64,000 bases of DNA from the IMG/VR virus record IMGVR_UViG_3300030514_000008. One strand, given 5' to 3'. The DNA comes from a virus. Positions within the stretch are counted from its first letter, which is position 1, and every line of letters starts with the position of its first letter. The notes under the pieces are model-generated. The model was given only the letters and a program-made list of their open reading frames with translations, had not been told where the DNA came from and did not search any database. The translations under genes and the position numbers were made by a program. Below, in pieces: positions 40,811 through 50,289 of this stretch.

Positions 40811-41599
40811 ATGACAGGCCATTTCATAAAACTGTTTGGCAGTAAAGCAGGTAAGTTTGACGCTCGGAAACTAGCGAAGATTCTTGACGCTAGCTATTCC
40901 GATGGTTCGGCAGTAACAGAAGAAATAACCAAAGAAACATTTGCTCCATCTACCATATTCTATGGGCACGGTGAATGTCCACGTTACTGGTTTCTAGCAT
41001 TCAATGGCGCGGAGTTTGTTAAGCAGCCTGACGCCTATTCGGTAGATAATATGCAATCGGGAACTGATGCACACCGAAGAATGCAGGCTAATTTTGAAGC
41101 TAGTGGATTGAAAATAGAAAATGAAGTAGAAATTAAAAATGAAGATCCACCAATTCGCGGATTCATTGATGCCATAGTAAGAGATTACGACGGAGAAGAT
41201 ATTCTGGTTGAGATCAAGACAACTCGTGCCGAGGCTTTTGCACACTTAGTTGCCAAGAACAAAGGACGAGAATACCAAGAGATGCAGCTCCTGGTTTATA
41301 TGTATCTGCTTGACAAGCAGTATGGTGCTTTACTCTACGAAAATAAAAATGATCACAATAAGCTACTCATTCCAGTAGAACTTACTGAAGCTAATAAAGC
41401 TAAAGTAGAAAAGGTATTCGAATGGATGCGAATGGTTCGCGCAAATTGGGAGGCGCAAGAGCTTCCTGAAATTCCATATAGAAGCAACTCAAAGATCTGC
41501 AAATCCTGTCCAATTAGAGATTGGTGCTTTAAGCAAGGAAAGGGTACAATTAAATTAGATACTTTGAGTTACAAGGAAGAAGATGCAGATAGCGAGTAA
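40811..41599 (+). CDS. PD-(D/E)xK exonuclease with a C-terminal 4-Cys cluster (Cas4/RecB-like).
   Basis: Motifs DAIVRDYDGE and ILVEIKTT (D..E.K core). Cys at C-x(n)-C-x-x-C-x5-C (CKSCPIRDWC). Confidence 0.65.
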   Translation: MTGHFIKLFGSKAGKFDARKLAKILDASYSDGSAVTEEITKETFAPSTIFYGHGECPRYWFLAFNGAEFVKQPDAYSVDNMQSGTDAHRRMQANFEASGLKIENEVEIKNEDPPIRGFIDAIVRDYDGEDILVEIKTTRAEAFAHLVAKNKGREYQEMQLLVYMYLLDKQYGALLYENKNDHNKLLIPVELTEANKAKVEKVFEWMRMVRANWEAQELPEIPYRSNSKICKSCPIRDWCFKQGKGTIKLDTLSYKEEDADSE

Positions 41600-41900
41600 G
41601 ACCTACGGCACCAAAGAATGTGCCAATCCCACCTGTACGAATAAATTCGAGGTTCGCAGGGTCAATATGATCTATTGCAGCAACGATTGCTGTAAAGAGG
41701 CAACCAATGCAAAATTAATCGCACGTTACCATGCTAACAAGGTTAAAAACACAGGTGAGCGAAGATGCACATGTGGAGCCAAGCTTTCTCGCTACAATTC
41801 GAATTCAAAATGCCATGCATGTATTATTGCTGATGAACAGCGTGATAGAAGAGCTTTGCTTGATGAATTAGGCATAGAGTATATCGACGAAGACGCATGA
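41583..41900 (+). CDS. Cysteine-rich zinc-finger protein.
   Basis: Multiple C-x-x-C pairs. Confidence 0.4.
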   Translation: MQIASKTYGTKECANPTCTNKFEVRRVNMIYCSNDCCKEATNAKLIARYHANKVKNTGERRCTCGAKLSRYNSNSKCHACIIADEQRDRRALLDELGIEYIDEDA

Positions 41901-42469
41901 CAATATGCTACAATAACAGTGTGTTACAGTTACGAAACAAAAAAGGCAAGCGTGTCCTGGGTATTGATCACTCAACGACAACGCTTGCCTTTTGTTTGTC
42001 TGTAGACGGTAAACCAGAATACTGGGAGGAAATTCCATTACTCGGCTCTACCGTCTATGCTAGAATAGGCGATCTGGTAAAGAAATTGGCGGCTAGGTTT
42101 GATACCGAAGCAATTGATACACTCGTCATTGAGAAGACTGTTCAGGTCAATAGCCGCGATACTGTGGTCAAGTTGGCTATGATCGCTGGTGCAATTATTG
42201 GATACTTTGAGGCTAGAGGTATTAAGGCTTACGAAGTTCCAGCTTTAACCTGGCAGGCTGCTACAGCCAAGCCAACCTTAACAAGAGCTGAACAAGCAGC
42301 ATTAAAGCTGGCAAACCCGGGGAGAGCTAAGAGCTGGTATTCTAATGAAGCACGTAAGATACGTAAGCAACGAATTATAGATTGGGTGGCGAAGACTTTT
42401 GGCATCAACGTACCAAGTGACTGTGCAGATTCTATTTGTATTGCTTATTATGGGTCGAGCAAGCTATGA
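41897..42469 (+). CDS. RuvC-like Holliday junction resolvase.
   Basis: N-terminus RVLGIDHSTTTLAFCL (the RuvC LGIDPG-like motif). Confidence 0.6.
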   Translation: MTICYNNSVLQLRNKKGKRVLGIDHSTTTLAFCLSVDGKPEYWEEIPLLGSTVYARIGDLVKKLAARFDTEAIDTLVIEKTVQVNSRDTVVKLAMIAGAIIGYFEARGIKAYEVPALTWQAATAKPTLTRAEQAALKLANPGRAKSWYSNEARKIRKQRIIDWVAKTFGINVPSDCADSICIAYYGSSKL

Positions 42470-42612
42470 AACCAAAAATAGAAAAGAGCGTAGCTTGGCT
42501 AACAATGAAATGGATAACCGAGCAGAAATCCCTAGAAGAAATAGCTAGGGAAGCCGGGTGCTCTACGCAAACAATAAGACGTAGACTTAGAGAAGCTGGA
42601 TTAATAAGATGA
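42466..42612 (+). CDS. Small helix-turn-helix DNA-binding protein (48 aa, not in the ORF track).
   Basis: ATGA-type overlaps on both sides. SLEEIAREAGCSTQTIRRRLREAGL is a classic HTH. Confidence 0.4.
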   Translation: MKPKIEKSVAWLTMKWITEQKSLEEIAREAGCSTQTIRRRLREAGLIR

Positions 42613-43328
42613 CGCATGAGTTTTGCATCATTAGTATCGACGACACTCGTGAATTAAAAAAACAAAATATACGTGCTGCGCTAGACTGGCCTGAAGCTAA
42701 GGTTGAATCCGTAAATGGCAAAAATCCAGCGCAATTAAAAAGCGCGGCAGAATATTGGAAGAATGTCGAAACTCCTGGGCCATTTAAGGCGGGGGAGTTT
42801 GGAATTTTTTATTCTGTACTCAACTGTTTAGAGTATGGAGCAGCAAACAATGGAATTCTGTACTTCGAAGATGACGCAATTGTGGTAGATAATTTCCAAT
42901 CGAGATTAGAATCTTACCTCAACGATCTGCCGATCAATATGGATACGTTTGCTCTGTGGTCTCCAATGAATCAGCACTACGATTACGAAAATGTCAGTAG
43001 CTATAATAATGTCGGCGAACCAATTTATGAACGACACAAAGGATCAGTTTTTGATTATGGCCATCCTGAATTAGTTAGGCTATGGCAAGGCTACGGGAAT
43101 GTAGCCATGTATTTTTCACAAAAGGGGTGCAAAAATCTTTTACGATATATATCAAATAAAGGATTCTTCTCTCCAATAGATTGCCTGATATGTATTTCAG
43201 TTCATTCTGGGTATATAAATGGCTACAGCTTAAAACCGGGGATTCCCGAACTAATAAACTACGATTGGAATGCTCCTACAACTATTCACCATAGTAATTG
43301 GGGAATGCTGGAGGAATTAATAAAATGA
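42609..43328 (+). CDS. Glycosyltransferase family 25-like protein.
   Basis: N-terminus FCIISIDDTRELKKQNIRAALDW resembles the GT25 (LOS/LPS glycosyltransferase) N-terminus. Confidence 0.5.
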   Translation: MTHEFCIISIDDTRELKKQNIRAALDWPEAKVESVNGKNPAQLKSAAEYWKNVETPGPFKAGEFGIFYSVLNCLEYGAANNGILYFEDDAIVVDNFQSRLESYLNDLPINMDTFALWSPMNQHYDYENVSSYNNVGEPIYERHKGSVFDYGHPELVRLWQGYGNVAMYFSQKGCKNLLRYISNKGFFSPIDCLICISVHSGYINGYSLKPGIPELINYDWNAPTTIHHSNWGMLEELIK

Positions 43329-44005
43329 CTGAAATGCTTTTAATTGTGCCATCACGTGGCCGCCCAGAAAACATTAGACGACTATGTGCAGCGCTGGAAG
43401 ATACAAATGCTGAATTAGATTTAGCAGTGGGTGTAGATCAAGATGACCTCGCGCTGGAAGAGTATAAGGCCGTGCAAAACGAATACGATTTCCAGTTGTG
43501 GATTTCACAAGAACGCAAACGTTTCGCTGCAACAGTTAATTATATTGCAGTACATAGTCACGAAGATTATAAGTACCTTGCGTGGATGGGCGATGACCAT
43601 ATTCCCCGTACAGAACATTGGGATAAACGATATCGAGATGTTTTGGACTACCTAAAGGTAGGTGTTGTATATGGAAATGATCTAGTACAAGGTGAAAATA
43701 TTGCCACTGAACTAGCCTTTACTTCAAACATTGTTGACGCCTTGGGTTATGCGATTCCGCCGGGGTTCATTCATCTATTTGTAGATAACTACTTCATGGA
43801 GTTAGGTAAGTCTATTAATGCATTACAATACCTTCCTGATGTAATTGTGCAGCATATGCATTATTCAGCTGGTTCAGCGCCGGAGGATCAAACCTATCGT
43901 GAAGCTAATAGTCCAGCTAATTGGTCTAACGATGAACGTCGATTCCATGAATATGTAGCTAATGAACTTCCTGCGGACGCAGCAAAATTGAGGGAATTGC
44001 TATGA
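43325..44005 (+). CDS. Nucleotide-sugar transferase-like protein.
   Basis: LIVPSRGRPENIRRL (a GT-A-like start). ATGA-type overlap with the upstream gene. Confidence 0.4.
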   Translation: MTEMLLIVPSRGRPENIRRLCAALEDTNAELDLAVGVDQDDLALEEYKAVQNEYDFQLWISQERKRFAATVNYIAVHSHEDYKYLAWMGDDHIPRTEHWDKRYRDVLDYLKVGVVYGNDLVQGENIATELAFTSNIVDALGYAIPPGFIHLFVDNYFMELGKSINALQYLPDVIVQHMHYSAGSAPEDQTYREANSPANWSNDERRFHEYVANELPADAAKLRELL

Positions 44006-44619
44006 TTGAAGGAGAATATCGATTCTTTGATATCAAGGATGGCGAGCCATATTTCTCAACTCAGAAATTCCATGACGATAGAGAAGCTGCTCCGCATATA
44101 GAACAGCATGGAATGCAACGTGACCGTTTGATCTTGGCTGCTGAATTTGTCAAAGAGCTGGTCAGCAAGCATGGTATTACTACTGTTTCCGATCTTTGTT
44201 GTGGTGATGGTGGATTACTCGAATACCTTAAGCCATTTTTTGAAGCCAATAACGTAACTGCATGGGGTTACGATTTCCAACCAGCAAATGTTCGCGATGC
44301 AGTATACAAGCGTAAGGTTGACGTCAGTTTTGCCGATGTCATGAATGATGACATTGAATTTGGAGAGCTAAGCATTATGACTGAATGCCTAGAGCATTTT
44401 GCCGATCCGCATGCAATGGTTAAGCGAGTATCGCAGCACTCTGATTTCTTTGTTGTCAGTGGACCAAATGGCGAAACACCAGAAGCACATTATGAGTTTC
44501 ATACTTGGGGTTGGAGTTGGCCAGCATACGAAAAGCTATTGACAAATGAACAATATAAGATTGTTCGCCATGAAGAATCAACGATTTTTCAGGTAATGGC
44601 CGGGGTGAAAACAGAATGA
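44002..44619 (+). CDS. SAM-dependent methyltransferase (class I).
   Basis: Motif I DLCCGDGGLLEY and a downstream acidic motif. Confidence 0.6.
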   Translation: MIEGEYRFFDIKDGEPYFSTQKFHDDREAAPHIEQHGMQRDRLILAAEFVKELVSKHGITTVSDLCCGDGGLLEYLKPFFEANNVTAWGYDFQPANVRDAVYKRKVDVSFADVMNDDIEFGELSIMTECLEHFADPHAMVKRVSQHSDFFVVSGPNGETPEAHYEFHTWGWSWPAYEKLLTNEQYKIVRHEESTIFQVMAGVKTE

Positions 44620-45506
44620 AGATTCTTATTACTGGTAGCGCCGGATTTGTTGGAAAGCATTTCGTACAAAGACTACAAGGTCATGACCTTACTTTGATTG
44701 ATATTAAGGACGGTAACGATGCAGGTGATTTTTTCCGAAAGGATGATACTAAATTTGATTTAGTGATTCACCTAGCGGCAACAGTGGGCGGACGTAAGGT
44801 CATCGATCTATCGCCACACAAGCTTTTCAATAATTTCAACCTTGATTCAGAATTATTTCAGTGGGCCTTGAAAACAAAGCCAACAAAGATAGTGTATTAT
44901 TCATCTTCTGCCGCTTATCCGATGGAACTGCAAGGTGACTGGGAGATTGGACCGCATGAAGGTGCAATAAATAGGCGTGGTCTAAGAGAGTCTGACATTA
45001 ATCTGGATGACGTACGTAGCCCAGATCCAAGTGTTTATGGCTGGTCTAAGCTTACCGGCGAGCATTTCGCACGTTGGGCAACAAAGCAGGGGCTAAATGT
45101 TTGGGTATTTCGTCCTTTCAGTGGTTATTCCGAAACTCAGGATCTAGATTATCCATTTCCATCCTTTATTGCTCGTGCCAAGCGAAGAGATAATCCATTT
45201 GAAATATGGGGTGATGGAGAACAGATTCGAGACTGGATTCATATTGACGATATCGTCGAAATGACCTTGCGAGCAATTGATGTTTCAGAGCCCGATGTGT
45301 TTAATATTTGTACAGGCCGCCCGACAAGTTTCAATGAGTTTGCTAGAATAGTAACCAAGATGGTTGATTACGATACTGAGCTAAAACACGAGCTTTCTGC
45401 GCCGGTAGGTGTTAGAGTGAGAATCGGAGATCCAACCAAAATGCTACAAATATATACTCCAAAGATTAGCTTTGAAGAAGGAATAGCGAGAGCATTAAGG
45501 AGCTAG
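44616..45506 (+). CDS. NAD-dependent epimerase/dehydratase (SDR fold).
   Basis: MKILITGSAGFVGKHF Rossmann motif GxxGxxG. YxxxK-like region (YGWSK). Confidence 0.7.
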   Translation: MKILITGSAGFVGKHFVQRLQGHDLTLIDIKDGNDAGDFFRKDDTKFDLVIHLAATVGGRKVIDLSPHKLFNNFNLDSELFQWALKTKPTKIVYYSSSAAYPMELQGDWEIGPHEGAINRRGLRESDINLDDVRSPDPSVYGWSKLTGEHFARWATKQGLNVWVFRPFSGYSETQDLDYPFPSFIARAKRRDNPFEIWGDGEQIRDWIHIDDIVEMTLRAIDVSEPDVFNICTGRPTSFNEFARIVTKMVDYDTELKHELSAPVGVRVRIGDPTKMLQIYTPKISFEEGIARALRS

Positions 45507-45507
45507 A

Positions 45508-45699
45508 ATGCCACTTTATACATATTACTGCTATGAATGTACGCCAACTCAAGAAGAAGAATATGAATTTGAGCGTAGGGTTAAGATTGCCGATCGCGAT
45601 GAACAATATTGCGGCAAGGGGCATCGTCTAACCAGAATGCTCGATTTCAATGGAGCTGTTTACGCCCCGACATCTACTGGGGGTGGTATGAAGCGATGA
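45508..45699 (+). CDS. FmdB-family zinc-ribbon protein.
   Basis: MPLYTYYCYECTPTQEEEYEF...CGKGH matches the FmdB N-terminal consensus MPxYxYxCxxC. Confidence 0.5.
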   Translation: MPLYTYYCYECTPTQEEEYEFERRVKIADRDEQYCGKGHRLTRMLDFNGAVYAPTSTGGGMKR

Positions 45700-46226
45700 C
45701 CACCGAATTGGATGTCCTGCGCTACCAAGAAGAGCAGGAAAAAATTGTCAGCATGCGAGCACGCGGGGTGCCTTTAAGCGAGATTCAGAAGAGGACTGGG
45801 CTTGCTCGTAAGCAGATAGAGCAGCATCTAGCAGACTTCCGCGACTTTGCACGCAATGATAAATACATGGTTGCAAGATCACGTGAAGTGGTATTGACTG
45901 TAGATCAGCACTATTCTGATATCATTCAGCAATACTATGAAGCAATTGAAGAAGCAAATTTGGCAGATGACTATAAAGCTAAAATGGCCGGGCTGTCTTC
46001 TGTAGCAAAGATTGAATCGGATAGAGTTGAATTCCTAAGAAAGGCAGGCTTGATTGCAGAGTCCCATGTCGGTGACATGGTTGCAGCGGCGGAAGAGAAG
46101 CAGGCTATTCTAGTCGGTATTCTCAAGAACATCGCTAAAAAGTACCCTGAAGTTGCTCGTGAAATTACCTACGAGCTTTCAAAGGTTACTGGTGAAGTAG
46201 AGCCTGTTCGTGTAATAAATGGTTGA
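45696..46226 (+). CDS. Terminase small subunit (probable); start at the ATGA overlap with the FmdB-like ORF.
   Basis: HTH LSEIQKRTGLARKQIEQHL. Located immediately upstream of TerL with an ATGA-type overlap. Confidence 0.5.
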   Translation: MTTELDVLRYQEEQEKIVSMRARGVPLSEIQKRTGLARKQIEQHLADFRDFARNDKYMVARSREVVLTVDQHYSDIIQQYYEAIEEANLADDYKAKMAGLSSVAKIESDRVEFLRKAGLIAESHVGDMVAAAEEKQAILVGILKNIAKKYPEVAREITYELSKVTGEVEPVRVING

Positions 46227-48006
46227 TCTTACAAGTTTTTTTGATGCTTTAGATGAAGAAGATGACATCTGGGAAGAACGCCCGGTTGATCTACAAACCT
46301 TCCTTTACAGCAAAGAGTTTATGAAACTCCCTAGACTCAGTCCTATTCAGGAAGAAATCATTGAGCTAGGGAGTAACATTCTTAGGCGCGATACGCTGAT
46401 TGACCTTTATGGTGAAGAGCGCGGAGCAGATATTGCAGATAGAAATCGTAAAGAACTATTCTTCCTTTTGGGTAAGGGTAGCGGTAAGGACTTTATGTCC
46501 GAAATTATCTGTGTCCGTATCGCCTATATTTTGCTGTGCTTGAAAGATCCGGCGGGTTACTATGGAAAGCCTGAAGGCGATGCCATTGATATTGTCAACG
46601 TAGCGAAGAACGCACAGCAAGCCAACAACGTATTCTTTTCAGGACTCAAGCAGCGTCTTAAGTATTGTGCTTGGTTTAGAAACAAGTACACCCCCAGAAA
46701 AGGAGATATCGAGTTTGAAAAGAATATCCATGTATATTCACTAAACTCGGAAAATGAAGCTACTGAAGGTCTCAACATTCTTGTTGCTGTACTTGATGAG
46801 CTGGATTCATTTGATGAAGGCGATACAACCGAGAACGCAGACAAGATGTATAAGACCCTTCGTGCTACCGTTTCATCTCGTTTTGATGATGTAGGTAAGG
46901 TCTTGGTTCTAAGCTTCCCAAGACGTAAGGACGGATTCATTATGAAGAAATATAATGAATTCGTTGTCGATAAGATTGTCACTGAGCACAGCCATATCTT
47001 TGTACTTAATCCTGAATTGCCGCCGGGCACTGAAGGTAATGAGTTTAAGATTACCTGGCAAGAAGATGAGATCGTCTCCTATCGCTATGCAAACGTATGG
47101 GCATTGAAAGCTCCAACCTGGCGAGTAAACCCCACTAAGACTGTAAACAGTTTTATGATGGATTTTTTTGCCGATGTTAATGACTCACTAGGTCGTTTTG
47201 CAGCATGTCCACAGGATACCGATGGTATCTCAGATTGGTGCAAAGATAAAGCTAAAATTGATGCAACCTTCAAAAACCCAAATGGTATTTTGGATGATGG
47301 AAGCATTAGAATTAAACCAGATCCTTCAAAGCAGTATTATGTTCACGTTGACCTTGCGCTTGTACAGGACAACGCTGCGTTGGCACTTGCACACGTAGAA
47401 GATTTCAAGTCGTTCAGATATGGATCAACAGTACTTGACCCAGCACCGCACGTCGTGGTAGATTTAGTGCGTTATTGGAAGCCAGGTCCCAACCGTGCGC
47501 TGGACTTTTCGGATATTAGAGAGTTCATCATCTCCTTGCGGAGGTTAGGGTTCGATATTCGTTTGGTTACTTTTGACCGTTGGAATTCAACAAATATTAT
47601 TTCAATGTTGAATGAAATCGGAATTAGAGCAGAAAAACTTTCTGTAGCCAGAGATCACTATAACGAATTTCTGCTAGCAATGGTAGAAAACCGTGTAGTA
47701 GGACCGGATGAAACAAAGCTAAAGCATGAGTTGAAGACTATCATCATCAATGAAAAAGGAAAGGTTGACCACCCCGGACGTACCGGTAATGACCTTGCAG
47801 ATGCAGTATGTGGAGCTATTTTTAATGCAGCGGCACATACTCCAAAAGATGATACATCTGGAGAGATTGTTACCTATGCGGATATTAGACATGAGCGTGA
47901 AGAGGAACGTAGAAAAACTAATGAGGTTAAAAATAGAATCTATGTTCCAAAACAGCAAATGCCTAGTGACCTTGCCAGCTTCCTGGACGGATTAAAAGTA
48001 CTATAA
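46219..48006 (+). CDS. Terminase large subunit.
   Basis: Walker A GKGSGKD and Walker B ILVAVLDELD. The C-terminal half is nuclease-like with conserved acidic residues. Confidence 0.8.
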   Translation: MVDLTSFFDALDEEDDIWEERPVDLQTFLYSKEFMKLPRLSPIQEEIIELGSNILRRDTLIDLYGEERGADIADRNRKELFFLLGKGSGKDFMSEIICVRIAYILLCLKDPAGYYGKPEGDAIDIVNVAKNAQQANNVFFSGLKQRLKYCAWFRNKYTPRKGDIEFEKNIHVYSLNSENEATEGLNILVAVLDELDSFDEGDTTENADKMYKTLRATVSSRFDDVGKVLVLSFPRRKDGFIMKKYNEFVVDKIVTEHSHIFVLNPELPPGTEGNEFKITWQEDEIVSYRYANVWALKAPTWRVNPTKTVNSFMMDFFADVNDSLGRFAACPQDTDGISDWCKDKAKIDATFKNPNGILDDGSIRIKPDPSKQYYVHVDLALVQDNAALALAHVEDFKSFRYGSTVLDPAPHVVVDLVRYWKPGPNRALDFSDIREFIISLRRLGFDIRLVTFDRWNSTNIISMLNEIGIRAEKLSVARDHYNEFLLAMVENRVVGPDETKLKHELKTIIINEKGKVDHPGRTGNDLADAVCGAIFNAAAHTPKDDTSGEIVTYADIRHEREEERRKTNEVKNRIYVPKQQMPSDLASFLDGLKVL

Positions 48007-48014
48007 GGATCAAG

Positions 48015-48479
48015 ATGAACAGAGAAGCAAAAGAGCGGATCATCGCCGCTCTGATTGAGCGTGATGGATATCGATGTATGATGCCTGGTTGCACCAGGCC
48101 ATTTACTAATGATGATAAAGCAACTATTGACCACTGGTATCCATACAGTATCTTCAAGGATGAATCCTTGGATAACCTATGCTTGATGCACTTTAGCTGT
48201 AACAATCGTAAGGGCGATACTGTACCAAATCCTGATGGGACAATTGACATTATTCGCCGGGTGCGCATACCAAAGCAGGCACGCCCGGAATTGTGTGGTA
48301 CCTGTATGTCTGGTAGACTTCTACTAGATGGTGAATTGTGTCCGGACTGTGGATCTGGTCCACAGCCACCAAGCTACCCAACAGCATACAAGCGTAAGCC
48401 TAAGAACTGTTCCCACGAAGGCAGAGAGCATTGCTGGGCTTGTGTTACAGGATTGGTTAAGAGAAAAGAAATTGTCTAA
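48015..48479 (+). CDS. HNH endonuclease.
   Basis: IDHWYPYS...HFSCNNRKGD plus two CxxC pairs. Confidence 0.75.
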   Translation: MNREAKERIIAALIERDGYRCMMPGCTRPFTNDDKATIDHWYPYSIFKDESLDNLCLMHFSCNNRKGDTVPNPDGTIDIIRRVRIPKQARPELCGTCMSGRLLLDGELCPDCGSGPQPPSYPTAYKRKPKNCSHEGREHCWACVTGLVKRKEIV

Positions 48480-48843
48480 TTGGTCGGATATATATCTAGG
48501 ACAGCTTAAGCTTGATCCTGATTTTGAACTGGTGATTCCAATTGACCCATTGCCCGGGGAAGACGAAGAAGATACTATTATTAGATATTTTCTTCAAGAA
48601 GGTGTTTTCTTCATTCAGAGCAATGGAGTTTATAGCACAAATGCAGCCAGAGCTAAAGAATTAGATGAAAATATCTATAAACTAATTAAGGCTTTTGAAG
48701 CTGCTGAATTTGCCGATAGTATGGAAGTTTTAGAACAAGATGGGTATGTTCACCTAACTCTTGACAGCGATGGGAACCCACGCTATGCTCTTACACCAGA
48801 GGGAGCAAGGTACCTTGAAAAACTTGATTCCCAGGATAACTGA
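48328..48843 (+). CDS. Hypothetical protein (start uncertain; overlaps the end of the HNH gene).
   Basis: 171-aa ORF. Confidence 0.3.
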   Translation: MVNCVRTVDLVHSHQATQQHTSVSLRTVPTKAESIAGLVLQDWLREKKLSNWSDIYLGQLKLDPDFELVIPIDPLPGEDEEDTIIRYFLQEGVFFIQSNGVYSTNAARAKELDENIYKLIKAFEAAEFADSMEVLEQDGYVHLTLDSDGNPRYALTPEGARYLEKLDSQDN

Positions 48844-49138
48844 GTTAGACTACTTGCTAGTAGACCCACCATGGAACTTCTACTCTATTCGGTATGTTCT
48901 TGAAGATCGTGCCGAGCATATTGTCTATATTCCAACCAAGGATATTGCAGTGGAGTTAGAGACAAAAAATATAGTAGAAGTTATAGTTGAAAGATTGCGG
49001 GCTAAGCTTGATTGCACACCCGTACATATAGATCGAGTAACCAAGGAAGCGAAGGATGCAACCAAACGACGCGCGATTGACGCTACAAGAATCTCTAAAA
49101 CACGTAGATTGGCTAAATCTACTACGCGTAATCGATAG
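48761..49138 (+). CDS. Hypothetical protein containing a DPPW motif (possible remnant of an N6/N4 DNA methyltransferase).
   Basis: LLVDPPWNF, but only 125 aa. Confidence 0.25.
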   Translation: MTAMGTHAMLLHQREQGTLKNLIPRITELDYLLVDPPWNFYSIRYVLEDRAEHIVYIPTKDIAVELETKNIVEVIVERLRAKLDCTPVHIDRVTKEAKDATKRRAIDATRISKTRRLAKSTTRNR

Positions 49139-49167
49139 TTTGGCGACGGGGCAAGACTGGGGACGTT

Positions 49168-49464
49168 ATGACAATAGTCAGTGGCGTCCTAACTATAAAC
49201 AGGTCCTCCTGGATCTTCCTTGGTTGCTTGACAACTCAACGGAATTGTGGCAGGCTTTGCAGATACTCAAGGAGGCAGCAGGTGACACCACAACAGCAGG
49301 AGACACTAGCGACGATTGACCTTTTTGGACCGCTTAAAATTGGTGACCGTGGAATTAAGCAAGAAGTAGTCTCGGTACTTAAACGAGGTGGCTTTATTAA
49401 GCTGGGACCAAATGGTTGGATCACAACCACCTATGGTAGAAAATCATTAGACGCAAAAAAGTAA
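49168..49464 (+). CDS. Hypothetical protein.
   Basis: 98 aa. Confidence 0.3.
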   Translation: MTIVSGVLTINRSSWIFLGCLTTQRNCGRLCRYSRRQQVTPQQQETLATIDLFGPLKIGDRGIKQEVVSVLKRGGFIKLGPNGWITTTYGRKSLDAKK

Positions 49465-49468
49465 GGGC

Positions 49469-49497
49469 TTGACACCAGCCAAGCAACACGGTAAAGT
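49469..49497 (+). promoter_or_regulatory. Sigma70-type promoter for the tRNA cluster (TTGACA-N17-TAAAGT).
   Basis: TTGACA at 49469-49474, a 17-nt spacer, then TAAAGT at 49492-49497. Confidence 0.55.
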
Positions 49498-49618
49498 AGT
49501 TCAGGTCAGCAGGGATTAGCTCAATAAACTAGGATGCCAACCTGGTTAGAGCCCTACGCAGAGCTTGGCAAGCACAAATGCGAGGAGATTTTGGTGAAAA
49601 TCCAAAACCTTGTTGTAA

Positions 49619-49691
49619 GCTCCATTAAGATAGCGGCCAAGTCTACTTGATTCTCAGTCAAGTAACGCCGGTTCGAATCCGGCATGGAGTA
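49619..49691 (+). tRNA. tRNA-Glu (anticodon CTC).
   Basis: Hand-folded cloverleaf: acceptor GCTCCAT/ATGGAGT, anticodon stem CTTGA/TCAAG, loop TTCTCAG, T-arm GCCGG-TTCGAAT-CCGGC. Confidence 0.7.
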
Positions 49692-49857
49692 CGCAGGGGC
49701 AGTGGGAAACACTCGGCTAGTACATATACGGTAATATATGTGGTAAACCTAGTGAGTCTGCCCTGATAGTGGTAAACTATTACCGTGGTTATGCCATTAA
49801 GCCTGGTCCATCAACGAAAGCTAGCGTTTGTGTTCGTGGCAGGAAAAAGTTTCCCAT

Positions 49858-49931
49858 GGCGCAGTAGAACAATTGTGTAGTTCACTGGGTTTTCACCCCA
49901 GAGGTTGCGGGTTCGAGTCCCGTCTGCGCTA
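49858..49931 (+). tRNA. tRNA-Glu (anticodon TTC).
   Basis: Acceptor GGCGCAG/CTGCGCT, D-stem GAAC/GTTC, anticodon stem CTGGG/CCCAG, loop TTTTCAC, T-arm GCGGG-TTCGAGT-CCCGT. Confidence 0.7.
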
Positions 49932-49961
49932 CGTACAAACCGATGAACAAAGGGAGTAAAT

Positions 49962-50144
49962 ATGGGTATGAAGGCTATGCTAAACGGTAAGCAACTAAAG
50001 AAGGGCGATTCTCTTACGAGTTCTGGGCCAACTGTTATTTTTGACAGTGTGTCCAGCACAAAGAAGATCAATGTTCGTCCAAGCCATGATCCGAAGAGTC
50101 TTCTAACCGTAGATGCCAGCAAGTACGGCATCAAGATTGTTTAA
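49962..50144 (+). CDS. Small hypothetical protein.
   Basis: 60 aa; GGGAG lies upstream. Confidence 0.35.
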   Translation: MGMKAMLNGKQLKKGDSLTSSGPTVIFDSVSSTKKINVRPSHDPKSLLTVDASKYGIKIV

Positions 50145-50289
50145 TAAGATTAGGTAAGCCGGGAGAGTCGCGTCTCCGTCAGACTGCCTATAGGAGAGTG
50201 GTGTATTCGCATACCGGCCTTAGTAGAGATCACCGGCGGGTGGTACGAACGGGCGGGTGAATAGGGTGAAATTCCCTATCTCTCCGTAT

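Noticed and set aside
48761-49138. N6-adenine or N4-cytosine DNA methyltransferase (DPPW motif in LLVDPPWNF).
   Set aside because: The ORF is only 125 aa and lacks an upstream SAM-binding FxGxG motif in the same frame. It is more likely a chance tetrapeptide or a decayed remnant, and is reported only as a low-confidence hypothetical.
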